From Octopus vulgaris (Eukaryota), in the NCBI GenBank assembly GCA_951406725.2, contig OX597824.1:51274001-51338000 (forward strand): a stretch of DNA of 64,000 nucleotides, in the 5' to 3' direction. Position numbers and translations under genes: made by a program. Each line of letters starts with the position of its first letter. Position 1 is the first letter of the stretch. This document shows, piece after piece, positions 41,023-56,437 of this stretch. The notes beneath the pieces were generated by a model. The model was not told the DNA's origin. It saw only the letters and a program-made list of their open reading frames with translations, and searched no databases.

Positions 41023-42461
41023 TTCAGCAAAATTTAGATTCAAATGAATATGGTACTTAAGTCAGATGCACCAGAATTTTGTACGGTGTGAACTTTGTTC
41101 ACAGCGTACAGTGTGAACTCTGTTCTATGGAAACATGAAATTTTAAAACATAGGAATAATACAAATTTGTTAAATAACCGTTCTGAACTAGGATTATCTT
41201 GCATACATCGCACAACCTGTACGTTTAAATATTTTAAATAATAATATTCTGACCATTCCTAAATTTTCAAATCCTAATTCTTTATAACCAAATAAGAATG
41301 AAAATACCATACTAGCTTTTATTCAACATGCACAAATTACTAAAAAAAACTTCATTGCATATTTAGAATTAAATTCTCTCTCTCTATTTTGCATTTTTTT
41401 TTTTTTTTTTGATAATCTATATTTAATAGTAAAAAATTCTATGTTTCTAAAGAAATTACTCAGTTCATCTTGAATTCCTCACTTTCATTTTTTAAATATA
41501 TATTATTGACCCCGGATATTTTTATTAGTTTTTCTCCGCAGGTAATAAATATTCTTTTAATTTAATTCATTAATAACAAATTACCATCTACTAAATCTAA
41601 GAAAATTACTCTTCTTGATTACTTCTCTTCCATTATTTCTAATATATTATGTCTAATAGATTCTTTTAATTTGATTCATTAATAATGAATCACCATCTAC
41701 TAAATCTAAGAAAATTACTCATCTTGATTACTCCTCTTCCACTTTTTCTAATATATATTATTAACTCATAATATATTCACTTAATTAATAAGACTTTTGT
41801 CCACGGTTATTGAATATTATGCTTACTCATAATATATATACTAAATAAATTATAGGTTTTTTCCTCCAAACTTAATAAATATTAGATCTAAAATTCTCTT
41901 TTAATCCAACTTATTAAAATAATCAACACTTACTAGCAAAGTATGATCGTATATATTAATGCGGATGCATATATGTATATGTTTGTATAAGTGTAAAAGA
42001 ACCTCTGTATTTTCTATAACTATATAGTATATAGATGGTTATTGTGACTTGTTTTCTAGTAGTAAACAACCTCTAAGACAATATTAGTCTATAATCCCCC
42101 TACCACTTTAACTGCTTCAGGAATAACTTTTGACACTTATTTCACCCCTCCTATATCTATAAATAGAAAATATATTTTGTCTCCATTCAACTGAATATCC
42201 CTCCCCCTTTCTAACAGATCAAAATAACTTCTAATATCTTAATGTTCTTAACATTCAAATCAACATCTCTGTCTGTATATCTACCCTCTTTATAATGTTA
42301 TCAATTAACATGGAAATAAGTATATGTATTGATGGAAAACCTCTATAAATGGCTGATGATTGCTCAACATTTTAAAACTGTTGTAATACAATGTTTAATA
42401 AAATGATGTAGCGTGAAACGATCGTACCAAATTACCGAAGATATTCTTGTTGCTTATTTTG

Positions 42462-42463
<2 letters not shown>
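41018..42463 (+). mobile_element. (TA)n-embedded non-coding element ending in a hammerhead
   Basis: Start motif agattca..ggtactta..gcacca, HHR at 42350-42429, tail cttgttgcttattttg; both flanks are (TA)n. Confidence 0.65.
42350..42429 (+). ncRNA. Type-I hammerhead with extended loop II
   Basis: ugg-CUGAUGA-u-ugcu...agcg-u-GAAAC-gauc-GUA-cca; palindromic acgaucgu stem III. Confidence 0.75.
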
Positions 42464-42725
<262 letters not shown>

Positions 42726-43183
42726 TTGGGTTCGATATACCTGTGGTTCCGGCCAATGGTTGGTAATTATCAAATAGGATATTCTGGCTGCGTACACAGA
42801 GAAAACCAACCCTATGAGTATTTAGCACCGAAGGGCTGGTCAAAAGCACGCAATACGTTTCATCTTATGATTACCGTCGTTAGACGATGCATGAGGGTAC
42901 GATAATTTCTTACCGAACAACCACACAGATGATTTGTTTATAGTGATCAAATATCTGAGTACACACAAGCTCACTCCCTCCATCAAGTTACCTGTACAGG
43001 TGCAGTGGGTGCCACATGTCAAATGACGAAATGATTGCAGAGCAACGTGAAATGAAGTGCTTTGCTCAAGAAAAATACTACGCAACGCTCAATGCTACAG
43101 AGTAAACAAAATAGTTCAAATTTCATTAACCAATCGGAATTAATTGACCAGCAACTTCTTCTAAGGGGTGATGGGTAAAAAGT

Positions 43184-43332
<149 letters not shown>

Positions 43333-43503
43333 CATACATACATATATGTAGGAGTGTGCATACGTATTAATGTATTCGCTCATGTATATTTATATATACG
43401 TATATGTGTCTACATGTGGATGGATGTATATGTGTGAGTATATGAATGTATCTCAGTGTATATATACGTACGGATACATTTATGTATGTGTGTGTGTATA
43501 TAA

Positions 43504-43570
<67 letters not shown>

Positions 43571-43605
43571 TACTTGCATACATACAGATTTTCATTATTT
43601 ATTTA

Positions 43606-44117
43606 TTTATATATATAAAACTGCAGTTGTGTGAGTGTCTGTCCCCTTCGATTTAGATTCCTAACTACTCCCACATTTTGCGGTGCAGTTTAACCAAATT
43701 CGGGTATCTTATAGTCGTGATTCATATCGAGCCCGTCTGAGTATTAGCGCGCGTCTACGATGAGTCTACGATTTTAAAAATAATTTAACATCATTTTTTA
43801 TTCCATTTTAATGCATAATTTTTCGTGCGTCGATGGCGGCGGAGTTGTGTCCATGGTCACACCTGCACCTGTTTGCTTCTCCTCCTTCTTCCCTCCCTCG
43901 TGAAGCTGTGGGGAAGGGAGTGTAAGGAAATCAACGTCGTAAAGCGTTGTCAAGAAGACCAGCGTTCTTTTAGAACAACGACTTCATGGCTTGAAGACAC
44001 CAAAACAGAAATGGCTGAGAAAGCCCGAATTGGCATCTATAAGGGAAGTAACTCTCTAAAAATGCTTATATAGTTATTTCCCTTACAAACCCGAGCAACG
44101 CCGGGCGATACTGCTAG
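43606..44117 (+). mobile_element. Non-autonomous Helitron, same family as 6771-7066
   Basis: Ends cccgagcaacgccgggcgatactgCTAG|t; carries an extra internal segment at about 43820-44048. Confidence 0.85.
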
Positions 44118-44367
44118 TACCTTATAAACGAACATTCCATTTTTTATTAACTACAAACTTACCTTATCTATATTTAAAGTTCCTCTATCATCTCTATCTA
44201 ATTCATTCATTTATTGTTCTAATTCTAATAACCTACTCTCTCTTATCCCCAGTCAACCTGTAAACACCTCGCCCGAACATATAACAATACAAATCATAAA
44301 CCGTAGCATCCAGTCTGCCATAATGAATCCATTAACGCATATAAAACATCCAAGGGTATATCCCCGT

Positions 44368-44450
44368 CACCACTGAAGATATGTTCGGGTCATACAAATG
44401 TAATATGTACTTAATATTTACCGAGTATTAATTGAAACAGCTGTAAGAGA
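44368..44450 (+). ncRNA. Degenerate hammerhead with long loop II
   Basis: CUGAAGA...GAAAC-agcu-GUA; stems I and II are poorly paired. Confidence 0.45.
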
Positions 44451-44669
44451 TGATTAATTTGCTGTTAATAATAAACAATTATTAACTTCCCAATCTGCAT
44501 TTGCTTCCCTTATATATATATATATATATATATATATTAAGGTATGTAGAAAAATACAACATGGACAAGAACGTATAACTTTTAGAAGACGATACAATAA
44601 ACACGGACAGGACATTCGAAACCCTCAGTCTTCAGTCAAGAACCGGATCATCGTAGTAATTTCGGCTGA

Positions 44670-44717
<48 letters not shown>

Positions 44718-44923
44718 CGAGAACACTTTCTCACAAGATGCTGGGATGTTCATATGATAGAACGGTTCTAGCGGCTCTTGTGGAACATGAACTGCTTTTT
44801 CATCATCACTTAGGACTTTTACCTGATGTTCTCTTGCACCACTTGATTCAAAGTAGGCTCATTGGCCGTATGTGTGTGTGTGTATGTGTGTGATGAGATG
44901 AATGTGCATTTGTGTGTGTGTGC

Positions 44924-44959
<36 letters not shown>

Positions 44960-45696
44960 AGAGAGATAGAAAGAATTAACGATGAATGCATACATACAGA
45001 GAGTGAAGGAAGACTGTCGGTGTATTTATGTCTAAGTGCGTGTACATGATGTTGTTACAACAGGAAAGCCATTTGAAATGTAGAAATAAAATATAAAAAC
45101 TAAACGACAGAGATGGAGAGAAATGAGTGAATGGAAGTGCACAAGTGTGAGGATAACCAAAGCGACATATAGACAGACCAAAGTGATTATTAGAGAAGGA
45201 GGACTAACAATGAGTTTTTCATTTAATAACCAACAAACATAACAAACATAAACTGAAGGGCTGTTTAAGTGTTGCTCTCCTCCGGCTAGAAATGGTAACT
45301 AGAAGCTTGATAAGAAGCGAATAAGCGCCCAAGAATAATATTGAAGAAGAAAATTAATTCTTGTTTGAGAAAGAAGGAGAGAGAGAGAGAACTGGAGTGA
45401 GAACCAGAACGGAAGAGAAAAACAAAAGGAGGAAAGAAAGAAAGAAACAAACAAACAAAGGAAAGAGTATGAATGGAATGAAGAATAAAGCAACCGACAA
45501 AATTGTATTCCTGTAACGTTTCCACCCGAACTAACACCATTACCGTTACCCACATGCCTCTTCATTTTCCACTTCCGGTTGTGTTTTTGTTTGGTAGACT
45601 GGTTGATTGGTTGTTTGAATGATCCGTTAGTTGATTGGTTGGCCGGCTGGTTGACTGGCTAGTTGGTTTGTTGGTTTCTTGGTTGCAGTTTCTAAA

Positions 45697-45781
45697 TTCT
45701 TCTTCTTCTTCTTCTTCTTCTTCTTCTTCTTCTTCTTCTTCTTCTTCTTCTTCTTCTTCTTCTTCTTCTTCTTCTTCTTCT
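45697..45781. repeat. (TTC)n microsatellite
   Basis: Direct reading of the sequence. Confidence 0.95.
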
Positions 45782-46603
45782 GCTTGCCGCTATTGTTGTT
45801 GTTTTGCTGTTCTTATTGCTTTTGTTGTTATTAAAGAGAAAGTATCATTTATTCATCATACTATTTGCATTTTGCCATCATGTCGTGCACACACATACAT
45901 TTCTAACCATATATACATATACATACATTTCCCGCTATACGCCTACACATACACACAAACATATCGTGAAGACAAATCGCTATCCAACCTCATATTAAAG
46001 ATATAATTATGGCCGCTGATATTGTTAGCAGCGTTGTTGGTTTCGTTATTGTTATTGTACCTGCTATTGTTGCCATGTTACTGCCCTCATAATTTGTTTT
46101 TCGTCAGATGGCTAGTGGCAATAGTGTAGACGGCCGTAGCATTGGTGTTGGTGTTAGTCTGGTAGCCGGCGTTGGTAGGAAGAAATATAGATGTGCTGTT
46201 GAGAGGAGAAGGTAGAGATGTTGGTGGTGACAATACATATGACGGTGAAACAAAAATATTGCCCAATGTGAGATTTAAAAACATTAAGCTTAACAGTTCA
46301 AAATTCAAATTGTAGATTGCCTCTTATCATTAGAGTCGGTGTGTTACATTCCAGTCCATCGAGACTACACTAAGAGCCTATTCAGAAAATTACGTATGTA
46401 CATACATACATACATACATACATACATACATACATACATACATACATAAAGATATTAAATCGTTTAGATAAATAAATTCATGAGTCCAACCTCAAAAAGG
46501 CACTTTTAGAGATCGAAAACAAACTCAGACTCTCCTATACAAAAGAAAAGAAGGAAAATAAGAGCAGGACAGTTGAAATTATAAAAACGAATCCTAAGTC
46601 CTC

Positions 46604-46634
<31 letters not shown>

Positions 46635-46798
46635 ACAGACACTCGCACACACACAGACACTCGCACACACACACACTCGCACACACACACTCGCACACAC
46701 ACACACACATACACACACATACACACACACACACACATACACACACACAGACACTCGCACACACACACTCGCACACACACACACACATACACACACAT

Positions 46799-46836
<38 letters not shown>

Positions 46837-46941
46837 GCGGTGATGCTAACGAAAAATAGAACTCAAAACATGAGTATATATTTATATTTTTATTAATATT
46901 TAGCAGAAGCAACAGGTACGTATGCATACATATATATATAT

Positions 46942-47739
46942 AAAAGATTCAGTTGAATTAGGTACTTAAATTGAGGCACCAAACCAATTCGGTATATTCT
47001 TTTTCTCTTAAATGGTTCTAAAATCCATTTCTAAATTTTTAATATATAAATTTTGCTAAGTTAGTATACACCTCGTTACCCTCAGTTTTAATTCCCACAC
47101 TTAGAGCTCATTTTGACTTCTTTTGTTTTTCAATTTATGCCCCTTTTATTTGATAAATATAGCACCCTGTCCTATCACCTATTCTTTATCTGTCATTATC
47201 TTACTAGCAACCCTGAGATATATCCTTTTATGTAGATAAGGGATGGTTATATGGTCCCAGTAATATAGCGACCGGAGAGAGCATCTGGCATTAATTAATC
47301 TATCACCACACACAAGAACTGTCAATTTCCAATGGATTTAATTCTCAGGACTTCTAAACAAAATACTGCATTAAATCTTTTGAATGTGATATAAAGATAA
47401 ACATAAATGTAACTACATCACCATTTCTCTTTCTTGATCCCCATTATTTTCCTTTTCCACTCTAAATTATAGTAGGCTTTAAGTATACATTTCCCGCCCA
47501 AATTCATTCTGTTACGAAAATAGCAAGAGGAAACAAGGTAACAATTTTGGTCTCTTGTACTGATGAAAATATGCTTAAAAAACAATGGTTTATCCTTTAT
47601 GTTGGAAGTTATATGGTCATTTGCAGCCGAGGGGAGCGGTTTATTTCAAATTGATGTAATGTTTTCATTGATCTAGGGAATGGAGCCGCTTGAAACGGCC
47701 GTAATGCACTGATGCCTAGACATCCTTGCTACTTATTTT

Positions 47740-47742
<3 letters not shown>
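46942..47742 (+). mobile_element. (TA)n-embedded non-coding element ending in a hammerhead-like motif
   Basis: Start aaaagattcagttgaattaggtactta..gcacca; CUGAUGA at 47560 and GAAAC-ggcc-GUA at 47692-47703; tail cttgctacttattttc; (TA)n on both sides. Confidence 0.6.
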
Positions 47743-47785
<43 letters not shown>

Positions 47786-48093
47786 TATAGTATAATATAA
47801 TATAATATATAAGACATTAACAAGAACAACGCATCTTTAATTCAGGATTACATCATAAAAAGGCTTACACGTATTTCTATTACGTAAGCAGCTTCAGATA
47901 TAAAAATCGTACAATACACAAATCGATCCATTTTGAATCGATTGTGAAATTGAATATTTTAAAAACCTATGGAAACATGTTTTCAAAGCAACCCACACAG
48001 GTGTCAATCTAATGAGAGCTCTAGATTCACGCCTGATCGAATAAGTACCAATACGGCCGCAGCTCAATGACTAAAACAAGTAGATGATAAACG

Positions 48094-48156
<63 letters not shown>

Positions 48157-49374
48157 CGCACGTGCGTGTGTGTGCACACTCAAGATGAATAAAATATATT
48201 AAATATTGTAGAAGATAAATACTGAATTAATTCAAAATTATCTTTCTTTGGAGAGAATGGTATACAAATGCTTGGTGAAAGTTGTAACCAACTTCAAGGA
48301 GAAGAATAAAGTCAAAGATCAAGAATGCTACTAAATTCGCATGGCATTAGAGAAAAGATAGATTAGAAGGTAAACTGAGGACATGGATTCCAGCGTCAAT
48401 AGGTACAATATATCGTTGTTGTTGTCATCGTCATCATTGTTGTTGTTGTTTAGCCACAGGAGAAAGCCTATGATGGAAATCATTCCGCTCATAACAAGCT
48501 TGTCTTATATCTCCACGCATATTTTAACCAAACTTCAGTATTCAATATATCCTTTGTTTCGTAAGGTAACATGGTATAATTTGAGGGTTATTGTCTACTG
48601 CTTCTTGGTGATGAAATAGCCACGGAGAGACCTCTTAAATGACTTGTTAAACTAGTATTTAGTGTAACAGTGAGTGGACTGATACTTTGTATCTCTTTGA
48701 TTTTTGTGCTTGTCTCACTCGGTCTACAGTATACATTAACGTATTGTCTGTTATCAAATATGGAAGTTTACGCTGCCATACCGTTCAGCATGTAGTGCAT
48801 CTGATTTGAGCATCATATGTTGTGGCTATAACTGGACGTTTTTGTAGAAGCTAGTGGAACAAAAACATCAATCTTCATTTATAGCCCGAAAGGAAGTGAC
48901 TCTTAAAAAAAGATTATATGAGAGAAAGAGTGAAAAATGGACATAAAAATAGGATAAAAAGTTTAGAGAATGTGAAAAAGAGTAAGAGGGGGGAAAAGGA
49001 AGAGATACAAGTAAGAGAGGAGGACGGGGAGACAAGAGGTCTTTATCTATGGCAAAATTACAATGGTTAAACTGCAATTTTTTTTTATAAAAGATGTAGA
49101 TAATCTTATGTTAGTTTTACTGGACGGACTAAAAATCATACAGATATTGGCACAAGAACTCTTTTCCAAGATCTATAACAAAATAATCCAATTTGAAGTC
49201 CCAATGATCCTTTCAATAACAATTAATTATCCACAGATTTTTCAATGCTACGGGGACGACACGCATACGCTAGCGCGCGTACACTCACATTCACACACAC
49301 GCACACACACACTCACACACAAATACACACACACTATATATATATATATAATTCTTTAACAAGAGTAGTATAGA

Positions 49375-49417
49375 CAGTGATTTCGAAGTTTCGGCTAGTG
49401 AAGCCTTCATCAGATTG
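49375..49417 (-). ncRNA. Minimal hammerhead, with inverted partial partner at 49801-49847
   Basis: caau-CUGAUGA-a-ggcu(ucacu)agcc-GAAAC-uucgaa-AUC-acug; a related half copy with GUC lies at 20446-20470. Confidence 0.65.
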
Positions 49418-50190
49418 TGATGCATTTGAGTTTATCTTGGCTTTATATAGTCTTTATTAAGTTTTCTAGATTTTCTAGGGTAAGATGTGCTCTATTGAAT
49501 GATAATTAGGCTGTGAGGGCATGGTGTTATTGGACATTTTTATTGATTAAATTTGGAGTTCTATTGTTTAGAATTTATTCATGCGTGCAGAACTTTGGAA
49601 CCAGGTGTTTATATTTAGGTTTATCATCTTCAGGTCATAGGGATTTACAAACGAACAAGGTTAGATTGGAGGTGTATGTTGGCCAGCTGATGCATTAACA
49701 GATTTAGTTGGTGTTGGTTTTATTTGGATATTAATAAGATATTTAACCGTTTGTTTTGAGAAAGTGAAGGTTGTAACTCAGAATTCAGCTTGGTAGTTTA
49801 GCTGGCCGAAACTTCGAGATCACTGTCAATACAATTTCTGTTAAAGAGTAACATATTTGTACTCTCCCAAATGTATTGAGTAATCTCTCAATTTAATGTA
49901 AAATGATTTTACGAAAACATTAAAAAAAATATTAATATATACATACATGCATACATACATACATATATAAAAAAAACATACAAATCCATGTATGCATTGA
50001 CTCAAAATACTACAAATAAACACATATAAATGCGAAGATACCCTGTTCATGTTCTGAAACTCCAGTGGGTTCTAGGTAAGAAACCGGCTTTTTCTCTATT
50101 GGCAAGAAATCTCGTGATAAAACAGAAAAATGACATACATACATACATACATACATACATACATGCATATATATATATATATATATATAC

Positions 50191-50277
<87 letters not shown>

Positions 50278-50962
50278 ACCCTTTCCTTCTGATAAGGGAC
50301 CACAGCATGTCAGGTACATGTTACTGTAGAAGGAATTCGAAATCATCACTGTAAGCCATCAAATGAATCAATTATTATTTGAATACCATTACAGGTACTT
50401 ACAGCGATGGATGATGACTACCACTTCTTTATTTCTTCAATTTTCCTTTCTTCTTCTTACTCTTCCAACACCAGTTTAGAATTCATTTAAAATGTTCAAG
50501 CAAAGTCAATAGTTGCTTAGACGGCATGAAACAGCAAGCAATATAATCTCCCTTATGAGAGCTCTTTTGTTTTACGTTGATATAACAAAGCAGAATAAGT
50601 TGCAGACACTAGTTCATTCTTACGTTGTTCTACTATTGACATCAAAAACCTTACACTAGAAAAAGAAAAAGAAATTACCGAAAGGCAATAGTGAATTATA
50701 AAGCAGTTTAATGGCATTATCATTAAGCAGTAATTATTACTGCTGTTTATATACAGTTTCTACTTATATCTTTTAGAGAATTCCACAATGGAAAATGAGA
50801 GAGTAAACCAAAGTAAAGGATGAGAGGAAGAAAGGGATAGAGAGCGAGAAAGAGTGAAATAGAACACACATACACATATACATACATACGTGCATACATA
50901 TATACAGACATACATACATGCCCACGATATAGAGATATATACATATATACATGCATCCAAGC

Positions 50963-50993
<31 letters not shown>

Positions 50994-51309
50994 CATACAT
51001 ACATACATACATACATTTATACATACGGAGCTGTATGCAGAATGAAATGAAATCAAAACAGCGGTAAGAGAATTGTATCCACAACAGACCTGTTCATGCA
51101 AGAACGAGTGTAAACCACTCGAACGATTCCGAATAAGTCGAAGAGAGGCGAAACACGACGTATCGATGGCAATGAATCGTATTTGCTTGCTTAGCAAGAT
51201 ATCTTTCTCGAAGCGAAGAGTAATGGACCGAGATGGAAATCCTAGTGTTTTTATTGTCATTATTTTATCATTATTGTTTCATTGTTGGTTTTTAATTTTT
51301 TTCAATACA

Positions 51310-51345
<36 letters not shown>

Positions 51346-51407
51346 TCCACACAAATATGTATATACACATACGTGTATACATGTATATATATATATGTAT
51401 ATATATA

Positions 51408-51444
<37 letters not shown>

Positions 51445-51806
51445 ACACACACATATATATATATATATACATATGTACGCTTCATGTGTATTTATATCTA
51501 TATATGTGCATATACATGTACATATATATATAGCTGCATAACATATATATGTTTGTGGGTGTGTGTGTGTGCACGCGGTGTGTGTGTGTGCACGCGGGGT
51601 GTGTGTGTATAGACGTATATACACATGTATGTATGCATTTACGTATATGTGTATGCATGTATTTGTGGTGTTATCGTATTTTCGTATTGCATTGTTTGCA
51701 TTTTACTCGGGGCGATCGAGATGACTTTCACTAACAAAAAAAACTTCCAAAACAAAATAACCCACAGAAAAGTAAAACACTAAAAAAAGAAAATACTAGC
51801 ATTGGT

Positions 51807-52471
<665 letters not shown>

Positions 52472-52589
52472 TAAAACGAAGAAGTCTTTCTAACAATAAC
52501 GGATTGAATTTTATTTGCTTCATTACAACAATTCATAAATTATGTATTAAGTGAAAGCTTTCTCCATGCTTGGAAAACCAAGCTGCTGT

Positions 52590-52794
52590 TATTCGCTTAA
52601 TTCTCCAAGTGAAATCATACATATACATACACGTAAACACATATATGCAGATATACATACACATACAAATACACATATACAGCCACACACATATACAAAT
52701 ATATATGTGTGTGTATATGTGTGTTTTGTGTGTGTGTGTATTTGTGTGTATATGTATGTGTATGTATGATTTCACTTGGAGAATTAAGCGAATA
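52590..52794. repeat. Inverted repeat (about 35-bp unique arms extended by CA/TG tracts)
   Basis: tattcgcttaattctccaagtgaaatcatacata and tatgtatgatttcacttggagaattaagcgaata. Confidence 0.9.
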
Positions 52795-52899
52795 TATGTG
52801 TTTATGTATATAACAGCATCGTTGTAGACATAGATTGATATCTGTGTGTATGTATACATTTGTGTGCTTTGCGCGTTTGTGCGTCTGTATGTGAGGGTG

Positions 52900-52958
<59 letters not shown>

Positions 52959-53335
52959 CGTATTATTTCGATTAAGTAAATATGCCTTTCAGTACATATG
53001 CTATACATCTGCACATCTGTCTCTATCTTCCACACACGCAATTGTCTCTTGTATTTTGTATTGCTTTACAGCACTACACACACACAAATACGCACACATG
53101 CTCACACACAAATACACACACACAAATACACACACACAAATACACACACACGCACACATTCACATCTAACTGAGCACAAGACCCACGTATCTATTTGTAC
53201 ATACTTATATATGTGTATATATATATAGATATATATATATATATATACTAGATTTCACTTTAACCATAAGCTAAAGCGAGGCTAGACAGAATATGTGCAT
53301 ACTCACACACCCATATACATATTTTAAATATACAC

Positions 53336-53445
53336 ACATATTCATGAATATACAAAGCCGTATACGAACACACTTTCATGAATAATCGCACACATTCATG
53401 AATATACAAAGCCGTATACGAACACACTTTCTTGAATAATCGCAC
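53336..53445. repeat. About 54-bp tandem duplication
   Basis: attcatgaatatacaaagccgtatacgaacacactttc.tgaataatcgcac x2. Confidence 0.9.
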
Positions 53446-53640
53446 CTGCCTTCTTTCGTCTATGAGTAAATATCTATATATATGTGTGTGTGTGTGCGTG
53501 TGTGTGTATTTTTCTTATATACATATATATCTATATCCTTATGTATGTTTGTATGTATGTATGTATCTATTTATCTATATATATATACACACACACTCAC
53601 ATATATATACACATGTTGTTAAGCGTGTGTATATGGGTAT

Positions 53641-53794
<154 letters not shown>

Positions 53795-54464
53795 GTGTGC
53801 GCGTGTGTTTATATATACATACATAAATTAATATGTGTGTGTATGCATTTGTGTGAGTGTGAAGATTGTGTTAAATATACAATGTTACTTGACATTTAGA
53901 TATCTGATTTTCGCTGCTCTAATTAGAAATAAGTTTGCATTTAATATTCGACGTTATGATATTTTGTGAGGCTGAGTGTCATTTTTATGAAACTGTCATA
54001 TTTTAAGTGTATTGATTGTTTACAGGACGCCATGGACAACACCAAAGAAACAATCGTATTACATATGAAGTTAGAATTAGGAATGTGTAACGTTGGAATG
54101 GAATCATACAATATACCGCCTTTGCAGATGTGGCTGTATTTGAAATACCCTTTTCCTTTGCATCTTACTAACGAGTTACTGTAATTCAAAATTTCTTAAT
54201 TGATATATAACTACCTGAAGTGTATATGTATATATGTAAACTTCAATCCCTACATACATATATATATATATATGAAATGGAATAAGCAGAACAAAAGGAG
54301 ACACGTAAGATAGAGAGTTGCTGAAGCGGTCACTGGATGTGTGACGAAAGGATTTTGACAAAGAAACAAAAATAATAATAATGAAGCTGAAGTACGTGTG
54401 TTTAATAGGCGAAATATGACTATGCACAAATATAACTATATATATATATCTTTCTTTCTTTTCT

Positions 54465-54865
54465 TTCTTTTACTTGTTTCAGTCATTTGACTGCGGCCAT
54501 GCTGGAGCACCGCCTTTAGTCGAGCAAATCGACCCCGGGACTTATTCTTTGTAAGCCCAGTACTTATTCTATCGGTCTCTTTTGCCGAACCGCTAAGTGA
54601 CGGGGACGTAAACACACCAGCATCGGTTGTCAAGCAATGCTAGGGGGACAAACACACAAACACACACACATACACACACACATATATATATATACATATA
54701 TACGACAGGCTTCTTTCAGTTTCCGTCTACCAAATCCACTCACAAGGCATTGGTCGGCCCGGGGCTATAGCAGAAGACACTTGCCCAAGATGCCACGCAG
54801 TGGGACTGAACCCGGAGCCATGTGGGTGGTAAGCAGGCTACTTACCACACAGCCACTCCTGCGCC
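54465..54865 (-). mobile_element. SINE family A, full length and well preserved
   Basis: ggcgcaggagtggctgtgtggtaag (A box), gggttcagtccc (B box), CORE-like body and family tail. Confidence 0.9.
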
Positions 54866-54914
<49 letters not shown>

Positions 54915-54934
54915 ATGTATATATATATATATTC

Positions 54935-55350
54935 TTTTACTTGTTTCAGCCATTTGAACGCGGCCATGCTGGAGCACCACCGAGAAGAATTTTGGTCGAA
55001 CAATCACCCCATAACTCATATTGTTAAGCCTATCGGTCTCTTTCGCTCAACCTCGAAGTTACAGGGACGTAAACCCACCAACACTAGTTGTCAAGCAGTG
55101 ATAGGAGACAAACACAGACAAGAAGACACACACACACACATATATAATATATAAACATATAAATATATATATATATTTACGACGGGCTTCTTTCAGTTTC
55201 CGTCTACCAAATCCATTTACAAGGCTTTGGCCGGCCCAAGGCTATAGTAGAAGACACTTGCCTAAAGTACCACGCAGTGGGACTGAACTCGGAACTATAT
55301 GATAAGGGAGCAAGCTGCAAGCTTCTTACCACTCAGCCACACCTGCGCCT
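54935..55350 (-). mobile_element. SINE family A, second tandem copy
   Basis: Same organisation as the preceding copy, more diverged. Confidence 0.85.
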
Positions 55351-55362
55351 ATATATAATATA

Positions 55363-55695
55363 CAGCCGCACTCCGTCGGTTATGACGACGAGGGTCTCAG
55401 CTGATACGATCAACAGAACAGCTTGCTCTTGAAATTAACGTGCAAGTGGTTGAGCATTCCACTTTAAGTGTATACACGTGTACCCTTAACGTAGTTCTCA
55501 GGGAGATTCAGCGTGACACAGAGCGAAAAGGCTGGCCCTTTGAAATACAGGTACTATTCATTTTTGCCAGCTGAGTGGATTGGAGCAACATGAAATAAAG
55601 TGTCTTGCTCAGGGACACAACGCGTCGCCGGGAATTGAACTCACAACCTTACGATCGTTAGCCGAATGCCCCTAACCACTAAACCACGTACCTTC
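55363..55695 (-). mobile_element. tRNA-derived SINE family D (V-domain-like)
   Basis: Head tggtttagtggttagg...gagttcaattccc followed by gttgtgtccctgagcaagacact; related diverged copy at about 59275-59490. Confidence 0.75.
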
Positions 55696-55986
55696 ACACA
55701 CACACACACACACACACTAATTACATAATTATAACAAGGGATCGGCTTTACACCTCACCACGCACTGCAAGAAATAGATGCTAAAGCCCCTAATTACCAC
55801 CTTGAAATCTCCGAGAATAATACATTGTATTGTAGGCAATCAAAAGAAAAATAATGAATCGACAAGGTTGGTTAACTCCGTACCCGATAGGATTTCGAGC
55901 TTAAAATAAAATCAAAATATTTATAGATTGCTCTCATCAGCAGAAGTATTCCATAAGATATATTTGCGAGTATTTCAAAATATGCC

Positions 55987-56095
55987 TGCGACTAGCGGCA
56001 TCGATTGACCAATATCTATCCACACTCGCAAAAGTATACCGCTAAGAATAATTTTTGCGAGTATGGATAGATATTGGTCATGCGATGCCGCTAGT

Positions 56096-56099
<4 letters not shown>
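55987..56099. repeat. 113-bp foldback hairpin
   Basis: Arms of about 47 nt (tgcgactagcggcatcg..ccaatatctatcca.actcgcaaaa and its reverse complement) with a ~19-nt loop. Confidence 0.9.
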
Positions 56100-56180
<81 letters not shown>

Positions 56181-56209
56181 TTATATATATATTTATATAT
56201 ATATATATA

Positions 56210-56365
<156 letters not shown>

Positions 56366-56374
56366 ATATATATA

Positions 56375-56437
<63 letters not shown>

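Noticed and set aside
45560-45590. ETS-like cttccgg motif as a promoter
   Set aside because: A single short motif with no CpG island or linked gene evidence.
54010-54090. Possible host exon after a tttacag acceptor
   Set aside because: Short, no recognisable protein similarity, and no supporting neighbouring exons.
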